A stretch of DNA of 64,000 nucleotides from Gemmatimonadota bacterium (GCA_003222155.1 QHUU01000067.1:38297-102296), one strand, 5' to 3'. Shown: positions 1 through 9,624, counted from the stretch's first letter. Translations and numbers: made by a program. The notes: generated by a model from the sequence alone, not told the origin.

Positions 1-293
1 TGGAGCTGATAGATCGCGGCGCCCTTCGGGCAGAGGGTGCCCTCGTTGTGCGGGCTGCGCGGATCGCCTTCGATGTTGACGATCTTGCCGTCGACGGTGT
101 GGATGAGGGTCGCGCACCCGACCGAACAGAACGGACAGATGCTCGGCGTCGTCTTGGCGTCCTTGATCCGCAGCTCCTGCGCCCGTGCCATCGCCGGCGC
201 CAGCGTCACGCCGAGCCCGACGAGCCCGCCGATAGCCGTGCCCGCTCCGGCGCTGGCGGTGAGGCGCAGGAAATCCCGTCGACCGACCAGCAT
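1..293 (-). CDS. fdnG: Formate dehydrogenase alpha subunit (FdnG/FdoG-like), N-terminal part; runs off the window
   Basis: Manual translation MLVGRRDFLRL...KTTPSICPFCSVGC...NIEGDPRSPHNEGTLCPKG: Tat motif RRDFL plus the 4Fe-4S motif CxxCxxxC...C; GGAGG RBS upstream; not in the ORF track. Confidence 0.85.
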   Translation of the reverse strand, partial: MLVGRRDFLRLTASAGAGTAIGGLVGLGVTLAPAMARAQELRIKDAKTTPSICPFCSVGCATLIHTVDGKIVNIEGDPRSPHNEGTLCPKGAAIYQL

Positions 294-460
294 ACGCTCC
301 TCCGCGCTCGAGAGGTGGGTGCGCGCAGCTTCCTCGCCGACCGTCGGATGATATAGAGACGGGGTTGGGAGGACGCAACCCCCCGAACGGCGGTCATTTC
401 ACGGGATCTGGCGGTCTCGGGCGTGTTGCCGTAGCGTCCGCTGCCGAGGAGGGTCGAGCG

Positions 461-982
461 ATGCCCGAACTGCCGGAGCTCACGCCGCAGCACTTCGAGA
501 TCCTGGTGGTGCGGGAGCTGCGCAAAGTCGGGCTCGACGTCTCCGAGCTCCGCATCCATCGCCGCGCCACGCTCCCCGAGCCGGAGCGGGGCTATCTGCT
601 GGAACTCACGGGCGTCCTGAGCGGCACGGCCGGGCCGCGCCCGGCCCTCATCGCCTGTCGGCGCCAGCAGGCGCCGATTGGACGGGCGGACGTGGAGTCC
701 TTGAGGGAGCACGTCAAAGAGGCGGAGGCGGCGGCCGGACTGTTGTTCGCCGCCACGGACTTCGATCCCGACGCCCTGACCGCTGCGCATGAGGGTGATC
801 TCGCCCTCCTCCGGGTCACGGACGGCCGCAGCGCGTTCGACACCAGCGGCTGGGGCGCACCGGGCCACTACCCCGCCTGGCTCCCCGCGTATTGCGCCCA
901 GACGGTGACACGTGATCCGCTCGGCCAACCGCGATATCGGCTGCTCGAGCCCGGGCAAGGCGATCAGATCCTGCATACGTAA
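461..982 (+). CDS. Mrr-like restriction endonuclease-fold protein with a degenerate active site
   Basis: FEILV...LIACRR...IGRADV...GLLFAATDF matches the Mrr_cat layout; GAGGAGG RBS before ATG 461. Confidence 0.65.
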   Translation: MPELPELTPQHFEILVVRELRKVGLDVSELRIHRRATLPEPERGYLLELTGVLSGTAGPRPALIACRRQQAPIGRADVESLREHVKEAEAAAGLLFAATDFDPDALTAAHEGDLALLRVTDGRSAFDTSGWGAPGHYPAWLPAYCAQTVTRDPLGQPRYRLLEPGQGDQILHT

Positions 983-997
983 GGAAAGGCACGTCGC

Positions 998-1288
998 ATG
1001 ACCGAGCAGGCACCGCAGAAGGACGCGATGGACGTGCTCCAGGCGTGGGTCGACGACTACAACGCGCGCGCGCGGCCGGGCATCCGGCTCGGCTCGGCCG
1101 GAGAAGCGGGTGGCGCCCAGTTGCGATTGCGGTACAGCCCCGCGGACGGTCAGGTCTCGATCCTGCACCTGGTCGCCGTGCAGCGCGATGGCCGCGCCGC
1201 CATCCTGGTGCGCCGGTTCGAGGGCCCGACCACCGAAACGGCGGTCGAGGCGGGCCTGTGGGCCTCGCGAGAGCTCGGGCGGCGCTAG
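998..1288 (+). CDS. Hypothetical protein
   Basis: 96-aa ORF with AAGGA upstream and typical codon usage. Confidence 0.65.
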   Translation: MTEQAPQKDAMDVLQAWVDDYNARARPGIRLGSAGEAGGAQLRLRYSPADGQVSILHLVAVQRDGRAAILVRRFEGPTTETAVEAGLWASRELGRR

Positions 1289-2262
1289 TCGCGATCCACG
1301 ACCTCGGCACACTGGGTGGCGCCGTGAGCCAGGGGAAAGCGGTGAACCGCCGCGGTCAGGTCGTCGGCACGAGCCGCGACGCCCTGGGCCGCACCCGGGC
1401 GTTCCTGTGGGAAGAGACCCTGGGGATCGTCGACTTGAAGCCGCTCACCGGCGTGAACACCTCCGCGAACGACATCAACGACAACGGCGACATCGTGGGC
1501 GGTGGTGACACCGGGTTCGGCGACTTCCACGCCTACGTGCTGTCCGCCGGCACGAGCTTCGATCTCGGCACGCTCGGGGGAAACGAGAGCGAGGCACTCG
1601 CCGTCAACCGGCGCGCACAGGTGGCGGGGCACAGCCGCAGCGGGGGCGCAGAGGTGCAGGCCAAGCATGCCTTCCTCATCGCCGAGCCCGGCACCATGAT
1701 CGACCTCGGCACGCTCGGCGGAGCGACCAGCATCGCGCACGACCTGAACGACCGCGGCGAAGCGGTCGGCCTGGCCGAGACGACGACGGGTGAGCCGCGG
1801 GCGTTCGTGTGGACCGCGACCGACGGGATGCGCGATCTGGGGACGCTCGGCGCCGCGAGCATGGCGCTCGGGATCAACGACCGGACCCAAGTCGTGGGCG
1901 GCAGCGGCCACGCGTTCCTCTGGACCGCGCGCGACGGCATGGTCGACCTGGGAACACTGGGCGGGCGGACCAGCTGCGCCAACGCCATCAACGAAGCCGG
2001 CTGCATCGTGGGGGCCAGCCAGACCGGGGACACCGACGCCCGCGGCCTGCCCGTCACCCATGCCTTCCTGCGGACGCCGGATGGCGGCCTGTTGGACCTG
2101 GGCACGCTGGGGGGCGAGCACAGTGCCGCCCTCGCCGTCTGCGACGTCGTAGAAGACATTGTAGGGGCGCACCATGCTGCGCCCCTACTGTGGATCGCCG
2201 GGCACAGCCACGACGCTTCCGCTCGCATGCGGGCTGCGTTGTGGGCCGTGCGCCTGGCGTAA
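1288..2262 (+). CDS. HAF-repeat protein (start codon uncertain)
   Basis: About 7 repeats of DLGTLGG..S.A..IN..GQVVG....HAFLW. Confidence 0.85.
   Translation, partial: VAIHDLGTLGGAVSQGKAVNRRGQVVGTSRDALGRTRAFLWEETLGIVDLKPLTGVNTSANDINDNGDIVGGGDTGFGDFHAYVLSAGTSFDLGTLGGNESEALAVNRRAQVAGHSRSGGAEVQAKHAFLIAEPGTMIDLGTLGGATSIAHDLNDRGEAVGLAETTTGEPRAFVWTATDGMRDLGTLGAASMALGINDRTQVVGGSGHAFLWTARDGMVDLGTLGGRTSCANAINEAGCIVGASQTGDTDARGLPVTHAFLRTPDGGLLDLGTLGGEHSAALAVCDVVEDIVGAHHAAPLLWIAGHSHDASARMRAALWAVRLA
2161..2191. repeat. GTAG-type REP-like palindrome, copy 1 (inside the HAF CDS)
   Basis: GTAGGGGCGCAccatgcTGCGCCCCTACtgt, identical to 4433-4463. Confidence 0.85.
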
Positions 2263-2327
2263 CCGGACGCCTTGACTGCGGCGCCCGGAGGCCGTCGTTT
2301 TGGAGGCCCAACGAGCAGGCGGTCAAC

Positions 2328-2759
2328 ATGAGAGGGATTCGGAAGCTGGTGCTGGCCCTGGGTGCAGCGGCATTCCTGCCCGGCGTCGCGCCGGGGCAAG
2401 CGGGCAAGAGTGCAAAGGGCGCGACCGTGAAGATCACGACACCCGCCCGTGGCGCCACGGTGAGCGGGCCCGTGAAGGTGACGCTGGTGGCGAGCGGTGT
2501 GGAGATCGTACCGGCCACGGACGAGCGTCCCGGAACGGGGCATCATCACCTGTTCGTCGATCGCGACGTGACGCCGGTGGACGACACGATCCCGCGCGGC
2601 GTGACGGGCATCATCCACCTGGGTCGCGGGCAGACCGAGTTCGTGCTGGACTCGCTCAAGCCTGGTCCACACCGCGTGATCGCCGAGGTTGCCGATTGGA
2701 AGCACGTGCCCCTGAAGCCGCTCGTTGTCGACACGGTGCGATTCACGGTGAAGGACTGA
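2328..2759 (+). CDS. DUF4399 domain secreted protein
   Basis: Signal peptide; VKITTP..GATV...PGTGHHHLFVD...IIHLGRGQTE...PGPH. Confidence 0.8.
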   Translation: MRGIRKLVLALGAAAFLPGVAPGQAGKSAKGATVKITTPARGATVSGPVKVTLVASGVEIVPATDERPGTGHHHLFVDRDVTPVDDTIPRGVTGIIHLGRGQTEFVLDSLKPGPHRVIAEVADWKHVPLKPLVVDTVRFTVKD

Positions 2760-2762
2760 GCC

Positions 2763-4418
2763 ATGACGTGGACCCAGGTGTACGATCCGCTGCACAATTG
2801 GATCTTCTCCACGCTCGTCGCGGCGTTACCGATTCTCGTGCTGTTCGGTTTGCTGGCGGGTTTGCGGGTGAAGCCCCACTGGTGTGCGATCGCGGGCGCC
2901 GGGACGGCGGTGCTGGTGGCCGTCGCGGTTTTCGGGATGCCGGTCTCGCTCGCCGGCATGAGCTTCCTGTACGGCGTCGGGTTCGGCGTGCTGAAGATCG
3001 CGTGGATCGTGCTCGCGGCCGTGTATCTCTACGACATCTCGGTATTCACGGGCCAGTTCGAGATTATGAAGGAATCGGTGGCGGGGATCACCGCCGACCG
3101 ACGCCTGCAGCTGCTACTCGTGGCGTTCTGCTTCGGTGCCTTCATCGAAGGCGCGGCGGGGTTCGGGGCGCCGGTCGCGATTGCGGGCGCCTTCATGATC
3201 GGTCTCGGATTCAAGCCGTTCCACGCCGCCGCACTCAATCTCATCGCCAACACGTCGCCCGTGGCGTGGGGAGCGATCGGCACCCCGGTGCACACACTGG
3301 CGGCGGTCTCGGGCCTGCCGGAGTCGGACTTGAGCGCGATGATCGGCCGCATCCTGCCCATCACGGGCATCATCGTGCCGTTCTGGCTGGTGCGCGCGAT
3401 GGTGGGATGGGGTGAGACCCTCGAAGTGTTGCCGGCCATCCTGGTAGTGGGAGCCTCGTTCAGCCTGACGCAATACTTCTGGTCCAACCACGTGGACTCG
3501 AACCTCGTCGACATCGCGGGCGGAGTCCTGTCGCTCCTCGCGACGGTGGTTTTCCTCCGGTTCTGGCGCCCGAAACGCGTCTGGAGGTTCGCGGACGAGC
3601 AGCCGTCGGGCGGCAATCCGGCGGTCGCTCGCAAACACTCTGCCGGTCAGATAGTCAAGGCGTGGATGCCGTTCGCGATCCTGTCGCTGACGGTGCTCGT
3701 GTGGGGCCTGCCGGCGGTGAAGGGCGCGATCAACCGCGCCACCACACCGGTGTGGGATGTTCCGCTGCTGCACAACGCGATCAGCCGCGCCGCCCCGGTG
3801 GTGACCAAGGTGACGCCCGAGGTCGCGCGTTACGACTTCAACTGGCTCTCGGCGACCGGCACCGGATGCTTCATCGCCGCCATCCTGGCCGGCCTGGTCC
3901 TCGGCCTGGGGCCGACGCAGCTGGCGAAGATCTTCTGGCACACGCTCAAGCGCATGAAGCTGGCCGTGATCGCGATCTCGTTCATGCTGGGCCTGGGGTA
4001 CACGACTCGCTACTCGGGGCTCGACGCGGTGCTCGGACTCGCGTTCACGCGCAGCGGATGGCTGTACCCGTTCTTCGGCACGTTCCTGGGGTGGCTGGGG
4101 GTGGCGCTGACGGGCAGCGACACCTCGTCCAACGCCCTGTTCGGCAGCCTGCAGCGGATCACGTCACAACAGCTCGGGCTCGATCCGGTGTTGATGTGCG
4201 CGGCCAACTCGGCGGGCGGCGTGATGGGCAAGATGGTGGACGCGCAGTCCATCACCGTAGCGACCTCGGCCACGAATCAGGTGGGCAACGAGGGCACCAT
4301 TTTCCGCCACGTGTTCTGGCATTCGATCGCGCTGGGCGCGATCGTCGGGGTGATCGTGTTGCTGTACGCGTATGTCTTCCCGGGCGGCGTGCCGCACGGG
4401 CTGACGATCGTGAAGTAG
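2763..4418 (+). CDS. lctP: L-lactate permease
   Basis: WTQVYDP; FIEGAAGFGAPVAI; LTGSDTSSNALFG; GGVMGKM. Confidence 0.93.
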   Translation: MTWTQVYDPLHNWIFSTLVAALPILVLFGLLAGLRVKPHWCAIAGAGTAVLVAVAVFGMPVSLAGMSFLYGVGFGVLKIAWIVLAAVYLYDISVFTGQFEIMKESVAGITADRRLQLLLVAFCFGAFIEGAAGFGAPVAIAGAFMIGLGFKPFHAAALNLIANTSPVAWGAIGTPVHTLAAVSGLPESDLSAMIGRILPITGIIVPFWLVRAMVGWGETLEVLPAILVVGASFSLTQYFWSNHVDSNLVDIAGGVLSLLATVVFLRFWRPKRVWRFADEQPSGGNPAVARKHSAGQIVKAWMPFAILSLTVLVWGLPAVKGAINRATTPVWDVPLLHNAISRAAPVVTKVTPEVARYDFNWLSATGTGCFIAAILAGLVLGLGPTQLAKIFWHTLKRMKLAVIAISFMLGLGYTTRYSGLDAVLGLAFTRSGWLYPFFGTFLGWLGVALTGSDTSSNALFGSLQRITSQQLGLDPVLMCAANSAGGVMGKMVDAQSITVATSATNQVGNEGTIFRHVFWHSIALGAIVGVIVLLYAYVFPGGVPHGLTIVK

Positions 4419-4432
4419 CGGGAGAGGCGTGG

Positions 4433-4463
4433 GTAGGGGCGCACCATGCTGCGCCCCTACTGT
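4433..4463. repeat. GTAG-type REP-like palindrome, copy 2 (between convergent genes)
   Basis: Identical to 2161-2191; 11-bp stem. Confidence 0.85.
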
Positions 4464-4483
4464 TTTCTGCGCGCCTGCTGTTT

Positions 4484-5848
4484 TCAGCCTCTGGCGCCCG
4501 CCCGAACCTCTGCCGGCTGCCAGATGCTGATCTTCCGTGTCTCCGGCATCAGGAACAGGCTCAGCAGGAAGGCGACCGCCGGCACGGTGATGGGATAGAC
4601 CAGCGCGTGTCCCAGGCTCTGGGACATGGATAGCCCCGCGGTCTGCGCGGACACGTACGCCGCGGTCGTGATGACGGGCACGAGTCCGCCGCCCCAGCCG
4701 TTCCCGATGTGATATGGCACCGACACGGACGAATAGCGGATGCGCGCCGGGAAGTACTCGGCGAGAAATGCGCCGATCGGGCCGTACACCATGCCGACAT
4801 ACGAGACCATGATCGCGACGATCAAGATCGCCAGCGGGTAGTTCACGTTGGCGGGGTTCGCGGCGTTACCGAGTGCGGTGTACAGCGGGTAGTAGGTGAC
4901 GGCCGCCAGGAAGAACCCGGCCAGGATGATCGGCTTTCGGCCGATGCGATCCGAGAGCCAGCCGAAGAAAATCAGCGACGGGGTCGCGATGAGCAGCGCC
5001 GCGCCCGTGATGATGGCCGGGTGCAGGACGTCGGGCTTCTGCACCTGCTGGATGAAATAGAGCGCCCAGAACTGGCCGCTGTACCACACGACCCCCTCAC
5101 CGATCACGACGACGCTGGCGATCAGCACGTATCTGATGTTCTCGCTCCAGAACGCCTCACGCCACGGATTGGCGGACGTCTGTCCTCTCGCCTTGATGGC
5201 CTGGAAGATCGGCGTCTCCTGCAGCTGCAGCCGGATGTAGATGGCGATGGCGACCATGAGCAGCGAGAGGAGGAACGGGATCCGCCAGCCCCACGCGTTG
5301 AAGGCGTCCGTCCCCACCAGCTCGCGCGTCACGACGATGACCACCAGCGACACCACGATCCCGAGCGTCGGCGACGTCTGGAGCCAGCCGGTGTAGTAGC
5401 CCCGCTTGTCGTCCGGGGCATGCTCGGCGACGTACGTGATGGCGCCGCCATACTCGCCGCCCAGGCACAGGCCCTGGATGAGGCGGAGCAACAGCAACAG
5501 AATCCCGGCCGTCGCGCCGATCTTGGCGTAGCTCGGCACGAGGCCGATCAGAGCCGTCGACAGGCCCATACCGCTCAGCGTGATGAGGAAGGTGTACTTC
5601 CGGCCGACGATGTCGCCGACGCGGCCGAAGACGAACGCTCCGAACGGACGGATCAGGAACCCGGCGGTGAACGTCCCGACCGTCTTGATGAGGGCGCTTC
5701 CGGAGGCGCCTGCGGCGAAGAACTTCACCGACAGGAGCGCGGCCAGGCTGCCGAAGATGTAGAAGTCGTACCACTCGATCACGTTCCCGACGGCTGCGGC
5801 GATGACGACGCGGCGGAGATCCTTCACGGAGAGCGCAGGAGCGGTCAT
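4484..5848 (-). CDS. MFS transporter (MHS family)
   Basis: GNVIEWYDFYIFG; GDIVGRK; GGEYGGA; WGWRIPF; ETP. Confidence 0.93.
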   Translation of the reverse strand: MTAPALSVKDLRRVVIAAAVGNVIEWYDFYIFGSLAALLSVKFFAAGASGSALIKTVGTFTAGFLIRPFGAFVFGRVGDIVGRKYTFLITLSGMGLSTALIGLVPSYAKIGATAGILLLLLRLIQGLCLGGEYGGAITYVAEHAPDDKRGYYTGWLQTSPTLGIVVSLVVIVVTRELVGTDAFNAWGWRIPFLLSLLMVAIAIYIRLQLQETPIFQAIKARGQTSANPWREAFWSENIRYVLIASVVVIGEGVVWYSGQFWALYFIQQVQKPDVLHPAIITGAALLIATPSLIFFGWLSDRIGRKPIILAGFFLAAVTYYPLYTALGNAANPANVNYPLAILIVAIMVSYVGMVYGPIGAFLAEYFPARIRYSSVSVPYHIGNGWGGGLVPVITTAAYVSAQTAGLSMSQSLGHALVYPITVPAVAFLLSLFLMPETRKISIWQPAEVRAGARG

Positions 5849-5895
5849 AACTCCCTCTGGTCGGTGGTGGAGGTTCCAGTGTCCCGCCGAAATGG

Positions 5896-5910
5896 CACCT
5901 TGTCAAGGTG
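5896..5910. promoter_or_regulatory. 7-1-7 palindrome overlapping a minus-strand TTGACA upstream of the MFS gene
   Basis: CACCTTG-T-CAAGGTG; tgtcaa at 5901-5906 is TTGACA on the minus strand. Confidence 0.45.
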
Positions 5911-5919
5911 GCGCCCGAC

Positions 5920-6540
5920 CTAGCGGCCGTGCGCGTACTTGAGGGCCGCCTCGGTACGGTTCTTGACGCCCAGCTTCGAGAACAGATGCTGCACGTGAAA
6001 CTTCACTGTGTTGTCCGAGAGGCCGAGCCGCTCGGCGATCTGCGGGTTGGTGAGGCCGCCGGCGACGAGCGTCCAGACCTCGCGTTCCCGCGGCGTCAAG
6101 TCGCCGTGCGCCCCCGCCGCCCGCCCCTCGATCCAGCGGCGCGCGGCCTGGGGGAAGACGAGCTGTCCCGCGTGGACCTGGCGGATCGCCGTGAGCGTCT
6201 GTTGCGGCGATTCCGTCTTGAGTGCCAGGCCGTCCGCGCCGGCGTCGAGGGCCGAGCGGAGCGATTCGCCGTCGTTGTACGCGGTCAGCACGAGCACCTT
6301 GGGGGGCGTGGGGCGGTCGCGCAGCGCCGCGAGTACTTCGGTGCCCTTGATCGTCGTGAGCTCGAGATCGAGAACGACGACATCGGGCTTGTGCTGCTGC
6401 ACCAGCTTCACGACCTCGGTGCCGTCGGTGGTCCAGCCGGCGACGGTGATGTCCGGCTCGCCGTCGAGCAGGGCGCGCAGCCCCTCGAGCACGATGGCGT
6501 GGTCGTCCGCCAGCAGGACGCGGATCATCGAGGGGCTCAT
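5920..6540 (-). CDS. NarL/LuxR-family response regulator
   Basis: IRVLLADDH...VVVLD receiver domain; LTPRE...TVKFHV HTH. Confidence 0.93.
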   Translation of the reverse strand: MSPSMIRVLLADDHAIVLEGLRALLDGEPDITVAGWTTDGTEVVKLVQQHKPDVVVLDLELTTIKGTEVLAALRDRPTPPKVLVLTAYNDGESLRSALDAGADGLALKTESPQQTLTAIRQVHAGQLVFPQAARRWIEGRAAGAHGDLTPREREVWTLVAGGLTNPQIAERLGLSDNTVKFHVQHLFSKLGVKNRTEAALKYAHGR

Positions 6541-7223
6541 TCCGCGGGCAGCGTGACCGTGAGCGACGTCCCCCGGCCCGGCGCGCTCTCGAGCGCGAAC
6601 GTGCCCCCCAGCATCTCCACGCGGTCTTGGATGCCGCGCAAGCCGAAGTGTCCGCCCTCCACGCCGACATCTTCCTCGCGCGCCAGCACGCGCTCCGGAT
6701 TGAAGCCGCGGCCCCGGTCCGACACGGTGAGGGCGAGCGAGCCGGCCTGCCGCTCGACGATCACGTGCTGCTCGGACGCGCCCGAGTGGCGGTGGCCGTT
6801 GGCGAGCGCTTCCTGCAGGATCCGGTAGATCGCGATCTTGGTCGGGAGCGCGCAATCGCCGAGGTCGTCGGGGAGGTCGAGCTCCACGCCCTGTTCGGTC
6901 AGGGTCTCGTGCTGGACCGCGAGGCCCTCGATGATCTCTCCCAGCGCGCGGCGCTCGAACCCCGGCGGGCGGAACGCGCCGATGAAGTTCCGGATCTCGT
7001 TCAGCGCACGCTCGAGCAGACGCACGGCTTGCCGCGACCGCTGCTGGGACGACGGGTCCCCGGCGAGCGCGCGCTCGAGCACCTGGAGCTGTGACAACGC
7101 GGCGAAGATGTCCTGTACCGGGCCGTCGTGCATGTCGAGCACGATGCGCTGCAGCTCTCGCTCGCTGGTCGCGAGCAGGCGGCGCGAGGCGGCCCGGGCC
7201 TCGGCGTCCCGCAACTCGGTCAC
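6537..7223 (-). CDS. HisKA_3 histidine kinase lacking a sensor domain
   Basis: DMHDGPVQ H-box; ILQEALAN; DRGRGF; HFGLRGIQDR. Confidence 0.88.
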   Translation of the reverse strand: MTELRDAEARAASRRLLATSERELQRIVLDMHDGPVQDIFAALSQLQVLERALAGDPSSQQRSRQAVRLLERALNEIRNFIGAFRPPGFERRALGEIIEGLAVQHETLTEQGVELDLPDDLGDCALPTKIAIYRILQEALANGHRHSGASEQHVIVERQAGSLALTVSDRGRGFNPERVLAREEDVGVEGGHFGLRGIQDRVEMLGGTFALESAPGRGTSLTVTLPAE

Positions 7224-7687
7224 AAGCGTCGCGACGCCACGAGCGGCGGGATCCGCTCCGCGACGAAGCCGAGCACCGCCCCGATCGCGAGGGCGATCGC
7301 CACGCGGATGCCCCCCTGAACGGTCCCGGCCCGGAGCCCCATCGCGACGCCCGCCCCGGCGAACGCGCCGGCCGTGTAGGCCAGGAGGGGGACGCGCGCC
7401 TGCAGCACCATCCCGAACGCCGCGGCACCGAGCACCAGTGCCTGGACGATGTCCTCACCGCCCATGGCCCGGGAGACGGCGTGCGCGACGAGGGCCCAGA
7501 CGACGCCGGAGATCGTGCCGGCGAGCGTCCGCTGTAATCCGGGAATCCCGCCGCCGGCGGCCAGGGAGCATCCCAGCGCTACGATCACCGGCCACAACGA
7601 CAGGTTCACCTTCGCCATTTCCGAAATCGCGGTCCACGCTGCCACCACCGCCGCCAGACTCAACCCTCGCATGGTCATCGGGTTCAT
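7220..7687 (-). CDS. Membrane protein, DUF1097-like
   Basis: MNPMTMRGLS..., several hydrophobic helices, AAGGG..GL...ISGVVWA; overlaps both neighbours by 4 nt. Confidence 0.65.
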   Translation of the reverse strand: MNPMTMRGLSLAAVVAAWTAISEMAKVNLSLWPVIVALGCSLAAGGGIPGLQRTLAGTISGVVWALVAHAVSRAMGGEDIVQALVLGAAAFGMVLQARVPLLAYTAGAFAGAGVAMGLRAGTVQGGIRVAIALAIGAVLGFVAERIPPLVASRRL

Positions 7688-9624
7688 GGCTTGGCCTCCT
7701 CTGAGGTGACGATTCGGTAGGCCTCCATCGCGAAGTACTCGGGCAGGCCCAGCCGGTCGGCGCGCGCCGCCGTTTCCAGGTTGCGCGTTTCCACCCGCTG
7801 CCAGAACTCGCGGTCGTCGTGCCCGCCTGGGAACGGTGCGGTGTCCTTCTGCGACTGGTGTTTGAAGATCGCGAACACCTTGGCCCGCAGCTCGTCCTGT
7901 GAGAGCGGCACCAGCACGTCCGCTTCCGTGACGGCCCACTCCTGCCATGCGCCGCGGTACAGCCAGACCTCCGGACGGGCGCCGTCGTAGCCCGCCAGCG
8001 CCTGCGTGACCGCCGCCTTGCACATGCGGTGGGTTCCGTGCGGGTCCGACAGGTCGCCCGCGACGAAGACGAGTTCCGGGCGGACTTCCTCGAGCAGCGC
8101 GCGCACGATCGCGACATCCTCGGGGCCAATCGGGCGTTTCCGCACTTCACCCGTCCGGTAGAAGGGCAGGTTGAGGAAGCGGGCCGCGGTCGGCGGCAGG
8201 CCGACCGACTCGAGCGCCGCGATCGCCTCCGACTCGCGGATCATGCGTTTCAGGTCCTGGACCACCGGCAGGTCCACGTCCCCGGGCGTCTTGCGCTCGA
8301 AGCTCGCCTCCACGCCGTCGCGCACCCGCTGCACCGCCGCCCGATCGAGCCCCAGCGTCTCCGCGGCGCGGCTCACGAAGTCGAGGTGGCGCCGCACGTC
8401 GTGATCGAACACGGCGATGTTTCCGCTGGTCATGTAGGCCACGACGATCGCGTTCTCGTTCTCCCACAGCTTGCGCAGCACGCCGCCCATCGAGATCACG
8501 TCGTCGTCGGGGTGAGGGGAGAAGACCAGCACGGGCTTACGGGACGGCAGCCGGCGGCGGCCGCGGATTTTGTCCCGCAGACGGTTGAATACGAGCCCGT
8601 TGATCGGTCCGGGAGCCCCGTGCTTCGCGAGCAGCGGGCTCAGGTGGTGCTCCGCGTAGTCGCGCGCGGTGAGCTTGAGCAGGGCCTTGCCCGTCTGCTC
8701 TGCCAGCCAGACCGCCGCCCGTTCTGTCAGCTCCGGCGTCCACTCGACGCTCGAGAGCACCCACGGCGTCTTGATCCGCGTCAGCTCGGCAGCGGCCGCC
8801 AGGTCCAGATACGCCGTCGCGTTGTCGTGCCGTTGCAGGAACGTGGCGGCCACGTCCGGCGAGACCTCGTCCTCCACCGCGCGCGCCACGATCTCGGCCT
8901 TGTGCTCTCCCGTCGCGATGAGCGCGATCTCGCGCGCCTCGAGGATGGTGGCGACGCCCATGGTGACGGCTTCGCGCGGCACGTTGTCTTCGCCGAAGAA
9001 GTCGGCGGCCGCATCCTTCCGCGTCACCGTGTCGAGGGTCACGAGCCCGGTGCGCGAGTCCTGGGAGGAGCCGGGCTCGTTGAAGCCGATGTGCCCGCTC
9101 TTGCCGACCCCCAACAGTTGCAGGTCGATCCCGCCCGCCTCGGCGATGGCGCGATCGTAGGCGGCGCAACGCTCGGCGACGCGCTCCCGCGGCACGCTGC
9201 CGTCGGGGATGTGCACGTGCTCCGGCCGGATATTGACGTGGGCGAACAGGTTTTCCCACATGTAGCGCCGGTAGCTGTGCGGGCTGTCCGGCGCCATCGG
9301 GTAGTATTCGTCAAGGTTGAAGGTGATCACGCGTGCGAAGTCCACCTCGCCCGCTTGATGGCGGCGGATCAGCTCGCGATAGATCCCCAGCGGGGTGCTC
9401 CCCGTGGCCAGGCCGAGCACGCAGCGGCCGCTCGCCGCCGTCGTGCGCGCGATCACGTCGGCGACGCGATCGGCGAGCAGCACGGCGAGATCGTCGTGGT
9501 CGGGAACCACCACCGTAGCGATGCGCTCGCGGTCGCGCGGGCCCTCGATCAGGCGCGGCGGGGCGCGCCGCGCGGGGCTGGGCGGCTTGGGGGGGCGCGC
9601 GGTGCGGGCGTCGTCGGGCGTCAT
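7684..9624 (-). CDS. nagB: Glucosamine-6-phosphate deaminase fused to a C-terminal PIG-L-like domain
   Basis: LGLATGSTP; TFNLDEYY; GHIGFNEPGS; SPHPDDDVI; DPHGTH; HQSQ; RBS AAGGAG before ATG 9624. Confidence 0.92.
   Translation of the reverse strand: MTPDDARTARPPKPPSPARRAPPRLIEGPRDRERIATVVVPDHDDLAVLLADRVADVIARTTAASGRCVLGLATGSTPLGIYRELIRRHQAGEVDFARVITFNLDEYYPMAPDSPHSYRRYMWENLFAHVNIRPEHVHIPDGSVPRERVAERCAAYDRAIAEAGGIDLQLLGVGKSGHIGFNEPGSSQDSRTGLVTLDTVTRKDAAADFFGEDNVPREAVTMGVATILEAREIALIATGEHKAEIVARAVEDEVSPDVAATFLQRHDNATAYLDLAAAAELTRIKTPWVLSSVEWTPELTERAAVWLAEQTGKALLKLTARDYAEHHLSPLLAKHGAPGPINGLVFNRLRDKIRGRRRLPSRKPVLVFSPHPDDDVISMGGVLRKLWENENAIVVAYMTSGNIAVFDHDVRRHLDFVSRAAETLGLDRAAVQRVRDGVEASFERKTPGDVDLPVVQDLKRMIRESEAIAALESVGLPPTAARFLNLPFYRTGEVRKRPIGPEDVAIVRALLEEVRPELVFVAGDLSDPHGTHRMCKAAVTQALAGYDGARPEVWLYRGAWQEWAVTEADVLVPLSQDELRAKVFAIFKHQSQKDTAPFPGGHDDREFWQRVETRNLETAARADRLGLPEYFAMEAYRIVTSEEAKP

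Noticed and set aside
461..982. Functional restriction or defence island
   Set aside because: Degenerate catalytic motif; no methylase, other defence genes or mobility genes
1294..2140. Recurrent GACCTCGGCACGCTCGGCGG-like DNA repeats resembling a CRISPR array
   Set aside because: They are in-frame, degenerate at third codon positions and encode HAF protein repeats; no cas genes are present
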